A stretch of DNA of 62,479 nt, filler included, from Choristocarpus tenellus KU-1152 (GCA_964200185.2; 12 parts of 12 records of this genome joined end to end with filler, not necessarily neighbours in it); one strand, 5' to 3'. Numbered from the whole stretch's first letter, positions 39,325 through 52,824 are shown. Program-made: numbers and translations. The notes: generated from the letters alone by a model not told the origin.

Positions 39325-40174
39325 CGCCACTGGTAACTTCGCGTTTTGAGAGGTTAGAGAGGTGTAGGGCAAATATTTTTGGCTTTTGACCTAGTCTTTA
39401 AACGACTCATCGAAAACGTTTTTTTCTTTGGAGTTAGTTCTCCTACACAAACAACGATGGTTCAAACCCCATAATCAGATTTCTTTTCATGAATATGGTT
39501 TTGCATTTCGTAACCTAAATGATTCTTGGGATTCTTCCATACATATTTTCGTCCAACACTGTAGAAGAGATACTGGCTCTGTGGCCCAGGTCAGATGGAG
39601 TACGCCCTGTCTGTGTGGAAGAACACAGTAGACCTGATCTTCTTATTATAACTAGGAGATGGTCCACTGTTGGGATGTGAAGGACACAGATTGATGAGAT
39701 TGTTAATGATAGGAGATTTTAAAACTTCCTGAATCTGATCTACCAGCCACAAGTATTGATGTTATTATAATACTAGCATGACTGGAACAGTACAACAAGG
39801 CTTTTGAGGCCACGATGCTATTGCAAAAGAGAGTTTACTCTGTGGTTGGCATTCAGTCAAGGAGGGAACCTCTACTCAATACTGTCATCACCAATAAATA
39901 CTCCAACTAAATGTGTGTGTTGAGACGATCTTATTGGAAAAATCTTCTTTCGATAGTTCCATGGCGATAGTCTTGTCATGGTGGTTATCCACATGACATT
40001 CACCACCAATTCTACATCGCGACGGGATCTGAAAGATGCTGCTTCCCTAACTCAAAGCACCAAAAAGGTAGGGTATTTCACCCTCACATGTGTCCTCATA
40101 GCTCAGGGGTAGCCTACTAGTGAGTGATAGAAAGTGCAGTTCTTCAATTTTTTTTGCAGTCAGGTGAGTGCAAA

Positions 40175-40430
40175 GAGTGAAGGTATCTTAGGGGGTACGA
40201 GTTCTGCCCTGTTTGTCCATTTGAGGCTTGGCTTCCCTCAGGGTTTTCATGACATTTTCTTACTCCAAAATATTTCGGATAGGTAAAATGTAAACGTTAT
40301 GAAAAAGTGTGTCTGGAGCAAGGGTATTAACACTTCCTAACAAACACGACAGCCAAAATTACATCGAAATCGCAACATTGGGTTTTGGCCCCCAAATGGA
40401 CACGGCCCTACCCCTTAAGTTTTTTGGCTC
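40175..40430 (+). mobile_element. MITE family A, full copy
   Basis: GAGTGAAGGTATCTTAGGGGGTA...TACCCCTTAAGTTTTTTGGCTC; flanks CAAA/AAAA. Confidence 0.9.
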
Positions 40431-41598
40431 AAAAAGAGGGTCTACATTTTGTCCTTTTCAGGTGATGGTATAGTTTATTCTTTCTGTTGCTGCTTCTTCT
40501 GGCCGTCTACGACAAATTATTCCTCATTTGCAAGATCATCATACACGACTCTCTTACCATCAGCACAAGAGCGATTGATTATAAAATTCCAACTTCCTAT
40601 ACTCATAGTTATCATAGACATGTAAAAGTACAAAAGTACCATAAATAAATAGTACAATATACGTGTGTTCCCCCTGTATGCCACCTTACCAAAAATGGCA
40701 AACTAATATTATTATCTCCAACAGCGTGACCACTCACTTTGGTGTCAAAACCCAACCAGCCTAACAAGAACATACTACATTCTTAGCCTTTCAAGGTGAC
40801 GATTCAGCACTGTTCATCATGGGCGCTCACTGTTCCTGGACTTCTTCCTCTGCCGCAAATGCGACCTCATTTACCGATCATTTTATTAATATGCATCAAG
40901 TCTTACCACTTTGCATGTCCCAAACAAACCATACGATTCTTGCCAATATTGGCAGTCCCTTCTTTCCTCGTTTCTCATTTCCCACCACTCACACAACATA
41001 AATCTCGCACATCATCAGTCTGAAGGTTAGGTATTCAGGATTACACTAAATATTACCAATCAAAACGATTCACACCACTACAAGTTCCTAGCTAGGCTCA
41101 CAACTTCAAAATTGTGTGCTTCACCATCAAACCATTCTCCTCTCTTGTCAGCTATCCACGTGACATGTCACCCACCATCCATTCTGCTACACATACCCCC
41201 TCCAATAGGAACACACCAAAGAGTACTGCCCAATTTGAACTTAAAATGTGTAACCTCATTCACTGCATCCTCCTTCCTATAGAACATTTCACCGCGCGCA
41301 ACCTACATCAAGAGTCACACCCTCAAACAATGGCAGATGAGAACAAAATAAGTTCTGAATCACTGAAAACCTGTACCGAAACAAAAACGACAATAGACCA
41401 AGTACAAAAGTACCATACAATGTTAAAAGGAGAAAAGGGGGAACCACAGCATGTGCAAAGTCATCTCCATACACAATCTTCAAGTTCAACAAACCACTCC
41501 TTCCCTCCCCCCCCTTTAGACGAATTCATCATCTCAAGGGAAAACCTCACAACAAAGAACTTCCACTGACCCACACTTGTTCCTCACTGGTGAGCCAA

Positions 41599-41946
41599 TC
41601 AACGCCTCTCATCCCTCTTCTTCTTGTGCTTCTTCCGGTTTGATCTATCACTGCCACCGCTACCCATCCCATCGCTGCTATGGCCCAAGGGTGAAGAGAC
41701 ACCCATTGCATTCCCTGTGTCCCGAACCCGCCCACCATTCCCACCCCTGCTGTCACCCCTGCTGTCAAGCCTTGACTTCCTACCTCTCTGCTCATGCAAT
41801 GCCTGGTCAACCTGCCCTCCACCCTGCCCCCCCCCACGGCGACCAGCGTCTCCACGGCGTTCCGGCCTTGCAACCATGGCCTCATGGGCATCCAGGCTCC
41901 CATGCCCTTCCCCACCCATGCTACCACCCAGACTGCCACCCCCACC
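41599..41946 (-). CDS. Probable terminal exon of a Gly/Arg-rich hypothetical protein
   Basis: GC-rich frame, open from the contig edge, ending ...SDRSNRKKHKKKRDERR* (basic NLS-like tail). Confidence 0.4.
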   Translation of the reverse strand, partial: GGGGSLGGSMGGEGHGSLDAHEAMVARPERRGDAGRRGGGQGGGQVDQALHEQRGRKSRLDSRGDSRGGNGGRVRDTGNAMGVSSPLGHSSDGMGSGGSDRSNRKKHKKKRDERR

Positions 41947-42046
41947 NNNNNNNNNNNNNNNNNNNNNNNNNNNNNNNNNNNNNNNNNNNNTTAATTAATT
42001 AANNNNNNNNNNNNNNNNNNNNNNNNNNNNNNNNNNNNNNNNNNNN

Positions 42047-42185
42047 ATATAATAAGTCAACATTAATCCACACGTCAGTGATGATGGATGGTTGACGGGC
42101 AATTAATAATTCAGTGTATGCTTTACCACGTATTTCAACTGCTGGCTTCCGGCGACGAGCCTTATATGCACCAAGCTTCTCAACA
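42047..42185 (+). mobile_element. 3' portion of a Copia LTR (same family as 52825-53077), abutting the Harbinger gene
   Basis: Aligns to about 52940-53077 and ends ...CAACA. Confidence 0.88.
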
Positions 42186-42995
42186 ATGGTCGCCTATGAA
42201 GTGACCATTGACCATACTGGATTTGCACGCGGAGTGACGGCTGGATTTCCTGGAGCCAAAAACGATAAGACAATCATTCGATATGATGGTGCTATCCAGA
42301 AACTTAGGAATGACCCCACATACAGACAGCTGGAGTACAACGTCAATGCCTCCTTCGGGAACGGATACACCGAGAAAGGGGCCTATGTCCTTGTCGATGG
42401 GGGCTACCCCAAGGTGACAGGAAAAACGTGACTGTACGGCCATGCCTATGTTAGGGTTAGCTCCCGTGAAAATGAGTGCTCGTCAAACTAGCAAGTCAAC
42501 TTTCCTTTGCCCAACCCGACCCTTGCATTTGCAGTGGAGGTGCACAATATGCCTCCTAAGGGCATCTGTCACACAGGCACAGGCAAGGTGGAGCAAACGA
42601 GTGGAGAGTGTACGCAAGGATATCGAGTGCTTTTTTGGCAGAGTCAAAGGCGGCTTCAGTATCCTCGAGCTGCCACTACTATATTCGGAAAGGAAGAATA
42701 TAGATAACATATTCTTCACTTGCTACATATTGCAAAATATGCTTCATTCATAGATGGCCTTGGCGAGTTGGAGGGCAACACTGATTGAACAGGAGATGCT
42801 GCTCTGCATGATGCCTTCTACATTGACCCTTACACTGATTTCACACGGATGGGCATGCCAAGGGACCAGGGGGGAAGGGGGTCTGAAGAGTATGCGGAGA
42901 GGGAGATGGGATTTGATGAGCTTAGGAAGAAGCTCATAGCACACTACAAGTACAAGGAAGACAACGGAGATGTTGTTTGGATGAGGTCCTGGTGA
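42186..42995 (+). pseudogene. PIF/Harbinger DDE nuclease, 3' half, with an intron at 42414-42534
   Basis: VAYEVTIDH...GFPGAKNDKTIIRYD...YVLVDGGYPK|W...WSKRVESVRKDIECFFGRVK...CYILQNML...LRKKLIAHY. There is a frameshift near 42752 and a later in-frame stop. Confidence 0.88.
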
Positions 42996-43388
42996 TGGGA
43001 TCTTGCTTGTCAAACAGCGCTTTGCATTTTGCGCTATTGACACTTTATGTGATAGTGAATGATACAATTGGTATCTTACTTTTGTAAAGTACATACAAGA
43101 AGAGGTAGGAAGACGTAATACGGGACAAAGAGTCATTTGTCAGTACAATATAGAGAGTGTTTGAGAGTCAACAGTCAAAAGGAAGAATTAATTTCCATTG
43201 GTTGTTGACAATGTATTTACGTAAAGATTGTCCTCATGGACAAGAGCAGTTCACTTCGTTCTGAGTTGTGGGTAATATTATACCCTAACCAAACTTCTGA
43301 AGAGCGCTGGGATCACCATCGTTACTTTAACCTTGCTCGAGATCATTATACAAGGTCAGGGTTGACAGCTTTGTTTAGTTATGCATCA

Positions 43389-43646
43389 GGCCCAAAGTAT
43401 CTTGGAGGGTAGAGCCACGTCCATTTGGGGAAAAATCCAATGTTGCGATTTTGATGTAATTTTGGCTATCGTGTTTATCAGGAACTGTCAATATCCATAT
43501 TTCAGACACACCTTTTCATAACGTATACATTTTACCTACTCTGAAACATCTTGGGGTAGGAAAATGTCATTAAAAAAACCCATGGGGAGCCAAGTCCCAA
43601 ATGGACAAACAGGGAAAATCTCGTACCCTCCAAGATACTTTCACTT
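43389..43646 (-). mobile_element. MITE family A, full copy, reverse orientation
   Basis: GGCCCAAAGTATCTTGGAGGGTA...TACCCTCCAAGATACTTTCACTT, TSD ATCA/ATCA. Confidence 0.92.
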
Positions 43647-43882
43647 ATCAGAAGCTCAAGATAAGAGGACTTGAGACAAAAATAAATTCCATGATTAAAA
43701 ATTACCTCAAATTAAAGCAAAGGTTTGCCAATGCCGTCCAGTGTGATGATGGTACACCTCGTGCATGGCACCGCTGTAATAGACCACTAAGCACTAAACT
43801 GACAGCTGTGTTGTCACAACTGATTCCCCAAGTCTATCCCCCCACTACTGCTGACTGTTCCCAAAGTCCGCAAGTCAACCTC

Positions 43883-46336
43883 TGTAGAAATATTCCACAC
43901 TGGAACTGCGGCTTTGGTGCTTTGATGAAAGACAGTGAATACTTGATGTAGATATGCAAAGTTAATATTACAAGGGGCTAGTGGTCTCGATTCCGCTGAC
44001 CGAGTACGTGGGTGAGACTAGCCTAGACTATCGCTATTATTTCTATAGTGTGGGGTTTGTAATCGTCCACACTAATTTACTATGAATCACTTATTTACTT
44101 GTCTTAAGTATAGAAAGTGTATCTTGAACTTGACACAAAGATATCTGGATACTATTGAGTCAGTACATGTAATATATCTGTCACTGGCTCTCCATCCTAT
44201 TTTCTAATCCACCGTGTATCAGCAGCACTATCCATGAACACTCTCCCTTGCTGCGCAGACACTACACACTCTGAGAATCTACTTCTCTAAAACTTAAAGA
44301 AAGAAACAAACTTGTGCTAACTCTCTCAAAACCAATGTCACAAATATACCCTAACATCAATGTTGACGTTGGGTCTGTGTAGGTACAAAAATCAGTCATC
44401 AATCTAAACCTTTGTCCTGCTGCAGTCTCACGTGGAAATATTATCGGGTACTTTCTCCTGCAGGTCCTTAGCAATGCATATAGCGTCTCCTACAATCAAC
44501 AAAATCTCCCTTAGTACATCACCACTACAAATCTCCGGAATAAGGAAATATGGTGGAGCAGTTACTTCCTACCTATCCTATCACAATCTCTACGAACACA
44601 TTCTGAGGTGTTTTCTACTGTGGGTCCTTAGCCATACCAAAATGTGTCTCCCACGATCCACGAAATATCTCTAGTGTCACGCCTAAAGTGAATCCTTGGA
44701 AAAGAGTAGTACTAAGCAATTGACTTATTACTGATACACCATACACACAAACGAGGAAAATCTCTCCCTGACTTTCATAGCTCTTCTATCTAAAGTTTGT
44801 CTGCATACAACATCACAGCTGTCACTTGACTACTGTGGGTATGCACCAAAATACACAAGACAAATAGGGGACAAACTCAAAATAATTTGAAAGAACAAAC
44901 AAACACAAGGGAAGATAGTCACAAGGGAAATGTTCCATGTCACAGAAGTAAGAGCTTCCGATGAAGCCTTCTAACCTGTCCAGTCTCGAACTGATGTCTT
45001 CTACCTCTCGAGATTCGGTTGGGGGAGGAGTTTTGGTCGATATCATATGCGATCCCTCCTTAGCCCCCCTTCCAGAAGGTCTTCTTGTCCTCGAACAGTC
45101 GGGGAACGTTCGCTCACCTCCTGACCTAGTCCTGTGCATCTCGCGCATCTTCTACCTTGGCCGTCATCTCCCTCCAGTCTTGTAGCCCGATCGAGGTCGG
45201 GGAAGTCGCAATTCGTGTGGCCATCTTTGTCACACATAAAACAGACTACACAGCCCTTTCCTCGACCCTTTCTACCAGCATCTTTACTACTCACCCTCCT
45301 TCCTGAAGCAAGGGCGTGATCATTCGGTTTTGGCCATCCATCTCCACGATTGTAGAGGTTAAGTGCTGATGAAGTTTGCACACCGTCTGAGTAAAAGTAT
45401 CTTAGAGGGTACGAGTTTTGCCCTGTTCGTCCATTTGGGGCTTGGCTTCCCATGGGTTTTTATATGACATTTTCCTACTCCAAATGTTTCTGAGTAGGTA
45501 AAATTTATACGTTATGAAACGGTGGTCAGGGACAAGGATACAGAAACTTCCTAACTAACACGATAGCCAAAATTACATCAAAATCGCAAAATGGATTTTG
45601 GCCCCAAAATGGACGCGGTCCTACCCTCTAAGATACTTTGGGTCTCTCCTAATGTTACCGTGGCTGCTGAAGCACTCACGCACTATCCTTTGAACTTGGA
45701 TGCAGCCTTCCTTGACTCCACATCCAAATCGACCCTTCACAGACCCTTGTCAGGGTCGAGTGGTGCAAAGTCGCAGCTACAAACACTTAGGATGACCTAA
45801 GAATGAACCTCAAAATCGAAGAAATCCTCTCCCTACTTCCCAGCAAATGTGGGGAAGTTGGTGACCTTGGTGGGGTTGCTGGAAGATATCTTGTACACAA
45901 TTACTTACTCACTACTAGCCTCGTCGATCAGCACAACATCCCAGGAACAATCGGTCCACTACGTAGCGTGTTGAAATATTCCACACTGGACCCGCGGCTT
46001 TGGTGCTTTGATGAAAGACAATAAATAGCTTGATGTAGATATGCAAAGTTAATATTACAAGGGGCTAGTGGTCTCGATTCCGCTGACCGAGTACGTGGGT
46101 GAGACTAGCCTAGACTATCATTATTATTTCTATAGTGGGGTTTGTAATCGTCCACACTAATTTACTATGAATCACTTATTTACTTGTCTTAAGTACAGAA
46201 AGTGCATCTTGAACTTGACACAAAGATATCTGGACACTATGAGTCAGTACATATAATATATCTGTCACTGGCTCTCCATCCTATTTTCTAATCCACCGGT
46301 GGTGTCTATGTGTATCAGCAGCACTATATACGAACA
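43883..46336 (-). mobile_element. Non-autonomous LTR retroelement: LTRs 43883-44240 and 45969-46336, about 1.7-kb interior with a gag remnant
   Basis: Two direct repeats of about 360 bp bounded by TG...CA. Minus-strand PPT AGCAAGGGAGAG (44241-44252). Decayed zinc knuckle CFMCDKDGHTNCDFP. Flanks ACCTC/GCCTT may be a decayed TSD. Confidence 0.85.
45389..45644 (+). mobile_element. MITE family A nested in the LTR element
   Basis: GAGTAAAAGTATCTTAGAGGGTA...TACCCTCTAAGATACTTTGGGTC. Confidence 0.92.
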
Positions 46337-47155
46337 GCCTTCTCTTCGCCACTATCTGGCTCCAAATGCCCTGAGCCCCCCTTCAGTACTGTCCGACCAC
46401 TTCCCAACATCACCCCAGCACCACCGATATTCTCGTCCAGCCTCGCTGCCACTAGTTCCTCATACCATTTCCTACAGAACTCTGCCCAAACAGTATCACC
46501 ACTCTTCTCAATAGTCGGCGGTCTTGAGCATTCCGTCAAATTTGCGCCTATCTTCCATCCTTTTCTTCCTATCTTCTGTAGTGGTAGCCTTTTCTTCCAT
46601 GATTTCTATATGTCTCCTCATGTCTCTAGACACATCATCCAATGTGGATACGAGGGAATAATGTGGTCGTCCATCCTACTTTCTTTCGTTGACTCTGCTT
46701 CCAACTTCAAGTCCTCCTCAGCTACCCTCCGTAACTGCTGCCAACTCCTCAATCCTGGGTTTGCTGCTAGCCTGAACCTCCTCATTGCCTCCACACCCTC
46801 CACTGAAGAGGGCTCCACTGACCCCCCATCCTTGCTGAAGTCACAGGGTATGGACCCTTCTTGTTGGAGTCCCTCACTCATAGTCATGTCAAAGTCTTGG
46901 AGCACAACAATGGACGGGGGTCCATACACTGCAAACAGGAGAAGATATGGAGGGATCCAACCATCTGGCATTTTTTTTGGAGGGGGGGAATAGGGGAAAC
47001 CTGAGGCAAAGGTCTCCCCCCTGATCCAGGAAAGGGTAGTTTGTCGCTGGGCCTTTCTGGGGTGGCGCTGTCAGGACTGGAAATGGGACCTCCTGAATCA
47101 GACCCCACCACTTTAGCCTCAGTCGCCGCTGGAGATTCGCCTTCGTCCTCCCCCC

Positions 47156-47225
47156 TGTTGAACTATCCCACACTGGACCCGCGGCTTTTAGATGGTGCTT
47201 TAATGAAGGACAAAGAACAGCTTGG
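47156..47225 (-). mobile_element. Third LTR end of the same family, truncated by the contig end
   Basis: TGTTGAACTATCCCACACTGGACCCGCGGCTTT matches 45969 onward. Confidence 0.8.
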
Positions 47226-48691
47226 NNNNNNNNNNNNNNNNNNNNNNNNNNNNNNNNNNNNNNNNNNNNTTAATTAATTAANNNNNNNNNNNNNNNNNNN
47301 NNNNNNNNNNNNNNNNNNNNNNNNNGGAGTTAAGTCATATTGTTGAACAATGGGATATTAATTAAAAAAAAATGGGGTGTTGGGTAGGTTGTATTGTTTA
47401 CTATTCCAGTATAGAGGATATATTTTTTTCTTTTGGAAAGGTTACAATAAAAAAAAATGGTACTACAGAGCACCGTTTTTGAATTTTAAAAACACAAAAA
47501 AGACACTTCAAAAGAGGTACTGAAAAAACGGTTCTATTACACCAACCATATATATTTATATATATTTTCTCCTCATACCCTCCCGGTCTACTGTCAAATC
47601 ATAATTTGAATTCAATATAATAATATTCTAGTTTGAATCATAATATGAACTTGAAAATGTTCATTATTACTAAAATAATAAAAGTGTAAAAAAAACACAA
47701 TCGCACACAAATACACTAGCACCACCACTAAACCTCTTCAAAAAAAATATATGCAACAGATGAAACTGAAATATATATATATCCTCCAGAGCATGATTAA
47801 AAAAATTAATAAATCAAGGAAGCACATCAATACACCATCACACATAGACAAGCAATAAATACTATAACATGTTATACATACATAGTGACCCCATCCCACC
47901 CCTTAACTCCTTCAACACACATGTAACCCATAGATTGCAAACACAACAACCCAGGAAGGCGCATTTCAAAATAAAAAACTTTTTTTCACACAGTGTGTGT
48001 GAACACATCAAAGGAGACAAGCATACATAACTACCATTAATATATTATATATTACATCTACATATATTTGTATTATGTATCACACAAAAAAAAGACAGGC
48101 ATACATAACTACTATTAATATATTACATAATATACACACACATCTACATGTATTATTATTTATCACACACACCACAACTGCTTCCGCTTCAGCTGCCAAC
48201 TGGTCCAGTCCACCCTAACTACAAACTAGGACAAACTACAACTTTTTTTCTTCCATTCAACAGTTACAAAAATATATATTTTATATGCACCGACAAATCG
48301 TCATGTTCAGAACCATAAAATAAATAAATAACAACCTCGGGCATTTCCCTTCCCTTTCCTTCCCTTCACCACCTACATAACATAACATAACACAACAAAC
48401 TCTAAACCTACGCCTACAATTCAAGGTTACCAACCAACTAACTAACCAACCGAATGAACCGATTCGGAATAGAATAAAAAATAATAGAATAATTGTTACT
48501 TTTATTACAATAAAACACACACTGAATGCACCCCGACAGTCCATCATCAAAGGACATTTTTTTTTATTTTGTAAAAAAAATCAAACAAAAAATATAAGCT
48601 ATATTGTTTACTACAAAACCCAACACACAACCACCACCACCACCACTACCACAAAGAATTTTATTAGAAATATATTGTATGTACACCATAC

Positions 48692-50014
48692 CTGACCGGC
48701 GCCTGAGATGGGATCAACACGTCCAGAGCGGTCAGAGCCCAATCCGGTACCCTCACTCCATCCTAAAATAATAAAATAAAAAACAAGAGAGAGGGTACAG
48801 CTTGTTTGTTATTTAAATATATATATATATATACATGTATGTATGATAAATAGAAACAAAAACATTGCACAAATTCAGCATCCTTTAAAAAAAAAAATTA
48901 ATAATTAAAAAAAATGTAACAGTTACAAACACACGCAACCAAATCTCGACATGAAAAATAAAATAAAATCAACATCAAACAAAAAGTAATAACATAAAAT
49001 AAAATAAAATAACATTCCTGAGCGCTGCAAACTAAAGAGTAGGATGTGGTGGTGCTGGTAATGGTGATGTAATGCATCTTTCTTCCAGAAGAGAACAGCA
49101 TGTCGGTTGATACACTAGACTATCTCTTTACTTTACTTCTTCCAGACAACTCTCAACTAAACTTTGTCTCTCAAGTTCCCCCCCACCCACAGACTTTACA
49201 TGTATTACATGTGTAACGTGTTTGTATACATCTAACATATAAAAAAATAATATTTCAAATCATAGATGAGCGCTCTTTAAAACAGACACAAACTATACAT
49301 TCAAAACACTGCACACACACACACACACAGATACATAATAGATAAAAATAAAAAAACTGAAATTAAAAATATCCGTTCGGTGCTTCAGTTCAAATACGAC
49401 ATTTTTAAAACATAAACATAATCACATGTTTAAAATATGAAGATATATATATATTTGTCTAAATAAATTAAAAACCTAGCCTACTCATGCGCGCCCCTCT
49501 TCAAGAGTCACAAGAAGTCACAAGAAACGCCTTCCCAATGTGTGTGAGTGAATACAATTAATACACTGTGAGTGAACTGCACAGTGTATTAATTGTATTC
49601 ACTCACAACCTGTTCACACCTACTACATCCAATTTTATTTTTACTTGATTAAACAAAAAAAATACTCACTCCTACTCCACTACTCATATCCTCAAGCACA
49701 TAGAATAAAATAAAAAAAATAAAAAAAGTACACCCCCCACCGCTATTAAATTAAAAAAAAGATGTAAGACATCAAGAGTCATCAATGACATCAATGACTG
49801 TTCACCAAGAAAAAATAAAATAAAGCAAAACATTTTTTTTCCTTCAAACTCCTTTCTCCCTCCCTCCCAACGCCTCTGATCTTAGTCTTTTCTCCCCTCA
49901 CCCATCTTCTTGAGGAGGCTGTGGCCCAGATTGTCCTCCCCAATGGCCTTCTCCCTTCCCTTCATATCACTCTCAATCTCCAGCTGTGCCTGACGATCTC
50001 TCAGTCCTCCCCAG
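48692..50014 (-). CDS. G-patch domain protein, exons 50014-49902 and 48762-48692
   Basis: Spliced KAIGEDNLGHSLLKKMG|WSEGTGLGSDRSGRVDPI is a canonical G-patch; the phase-1 junction G|GA is consistent. Confidence 0.85.
49543..49607. repeat. Perfect 28-bp inverted repeat with a 9-nt loop, intronic
   Basis: TGTGAGTGAATACAATTAATACACTGTG-AGTGAACTG-CACAGTGTATTAATTGTATTCACTCACA. Confidence 0.95.
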
Positions 50015-51479
50015 CTAACAAAAACAATCAACCAACCAACCAAGTAAACCCAACCAGTCTCGTCAGTAAATTGAATAATAATAACAATAACAATAATGAT
50101 AATAATAGTAATAATCATAATAATGATATTAATAAACTGGATGATCTCGTACCAGACTTACTATAAAACAAAATAAAATGTTAACAGTTACTTTGAATAT
50201 CTTAGGTACAACACACACCTCTCTTAACTTCCAGTCATGTAGGAAGATAAGTCTTTACTCTATTATTATTATTAGTCACTATTGTAACAGTCAGTTGGGG
50301 AATGTAACTGTTGAAAAACAAGAGAGAAAAAAAAAGTGTTATCAGTTAAGATAAGATAAGATGATAAACGATTGTGATAGAGATATATATATTATTATTA
50401 TTAGTAGTAGTATTAATGAACTGCATCACAGATGTATTAGGTTGTCATTGTAGTCAGTCAGTTTGTTGTCAGTAGAACAGACACAGGTATCAAGCAGAGT
50501 CCAACAGAGTCAGTAGAACAGACTGGAGGTATCAAGGCAACAAAAAACATTATTATTATTGTCATTATTATTATTATTCCAATGGATACTACGATAATAA
50601 AATACTACTACTACTACTAATAATAATAATAAAAGGGGACTGACTACTACAACTGTCTGGGTTGTAGAGGATTAGAAAGAGACTAAAAATCACATTATTA
50701 CCTATTTATTACTTGCTTGCAGAATTTTCAAAGAATTTTCAAAACCTTTTCTTACTGAATTTATAATTTAAAATACAATTTTGAGATTCTTAAAGAAAAA
50801 CATAAAAAAATGAAGCAGTCATTACATTACGTCTATATACTGTTTGTTAACCTCATTAGAACAAAAAACAAAAGTAAACAAAAGAGGATAGAATCACTAC
50901 GAAGACAGAGCACCTGCCGAGATAAGAGAGGTATTCATACACCATGACATGATTGACCCAATCAGAATGACAATTATCACAGAAAAATAAAAACAAAAAA
51001 TAGCTCCTGAGAATCTTGAGAATCCCACACAAAAACCACACACTCTGAAACCAGAATGACATGTATATCTGAAACCAGCCATTTTACTAACCAACATGCA
51101 ACATCCAACATCAAATATTAAATTGCAGTCGCCTTTTTGTGGAGGATGTCTGGCAATGACCAATAACACTACAAGTAGGGTCCCCCCCCCTCCCCCACCC
51201 CCTCCCAGTAGATTGTCAGACAAAAAACNNNNNNNNNNNNNNNNNNNNNNNNNNNNNNNNNNNNNNNNNNNNTTAATTAATTAANNNNNNNNNNNNNNNN
51301 NNNNNNNNNNNNNNNNNNNNNNNNNNNNATGAGTTGGGATGCGCAATAAATAAATGAACACTAACAACCAGTGCATTGCACCAATCAACAGTCAGTACAA
51401 GCTGGTAGTATGTGCATCATATCAACAAGAAACAAATGAGTAGCCTATGTTTTAACAAGCATTTATACAATCAGATATT

Positions 51480-52748
51480 AGTGAAGAGATTTTTTTACGT
51501 TTATGTGATGGATGTGGTATATGGTCTGGAAAGATTGTGCGTCTAGTCAAGGCACTTTATGGCACCAAACAGGCAAGCAGGGAGTTTAATAATCTATTGG
51601 TGCACGTTTTGGAACAGTGTGGTTTTGAGCAATGCTGAGCAGATCCCTGTGTGTTACGCTATGTAAGAGATGGCGTTGTTTGTGCTGTGACAGCTCCCCA
51701 CGTAGAAGATCTTTTGGTAGCTGGTAAAATAGATGTTTTGATTTGAGTTCGCTCTAGGATTAAGGAGCAGTTTTCCATAGAAGATTTTGGTGATCTTGAG
51801 TATTATATGAGTTGTGACATTTCACGTGACAGGACTGCACAGACTATCACCATCAGTCAAACTAGGCACAGTAAGAGTGTTTGTCAAAGATTTGGTATGG
51901 ATGGGGCAAAGAAGAGGCCGGTACCCCATGATCTCTCAAGGACTCTAGACAAGAGTGAGAATCATCCAAGTGTTGATGAAAATAGACCGTACAGAGAGGT
52001 AGTTGGTAGTTTGATGTGGTCATCTGTTATGGAGCCAAAGCATCTTAGAGGGTAGAGCCGCGTCCATTTGGGGACCTATATCCAATGTTGCGATCTTGAC
52101 GCAATTTTGGCTATTGTGTTTGTTATGACTAGGCTTAACGTTGCAAATGCAGTTCGAGAAGTTGCCAAGTGCAGTAGCAATCCCAAAGTCACACATTGGC
52201 GTGCAGTGAAATGTATTTTAGCATTTTTGAATACATGTTCCAGTGTTGGATTGAGTTTTGGTGGTTTTGATACTGAGTGTGAGTTGAGTGCGTATGCTGG
52301 TGCTAGTTATGCTGGAGACTGGAATGGTCGGAGATCAGTGACTGGAGGAGCAATAATGTTTGCAGGAGGAGCAATATCTTGGATGTCAAAGGTACAAAGA
52401 GTTGTAGCTCTGTCTTCCACGGAGAGTTAATACATAGCTCTTAGTAGTGTGGCACAGGAATTATTTTTCTTGAGAAGTGTTTTTGAGTTTATTCAGTCAG
52501 AGTTTCCTAGGTGTTACATTGACACGTTTGAGGATAAAGATGGTGCATGCAAACTAGTACGAAATGCCACAAGCTCTACTAGAACAAAGCACATTGATGT
52601 CCGACATCATTTTCTGAGGGATTTGTCTAGAAAAGGAGAGATTCGTGTTGTTTTTGTTGGTACTGCAAATCAGAGGGCAGATGTATTGACCAAGAAATGT
52701 TCAGTTGGAGTTATTAGACAATATGTGAAGTCTCTGATGAACATGTGA
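51480..52748 (+). pseudogene. Ty1/Copia pol 3' part (RT and RNase H), decayed
   Basis: RLVKALYGTKQASREF, ADPCV, HVEDLL, YREVVGSLMW, RRSVTG, VALSSTES, RTKHIDVRHHF, NQRADVLTK, with several in-frame stops. Confidence 0.95.
52032..52123 (-). mobile_element. Truncated family A MITE inserted in Copia pol
   Basis: GAGCCAAAGCATCTTAGAGGGTAGAGCCGCGTCCATTTGGGG..., with TATG on both sides. Removing it restores ...SSVM-TRLNVANAV. Confidence 0.88.
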
Positions 52749-52824
52749 GACAGCATGTGTGTTTTATTTTTTATTTGTTTTGTGATTGTTTGAGAGTTAA
52801 TACTTGTTTTCAGCAAGGGGAGGA

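Noticed and set aside
46310-46993. 227-aa plus-strand ORF
   Set aside because: It looks like the antisense shadow of a decayed minus-strand, possibly gag-like region; no motif supports it.
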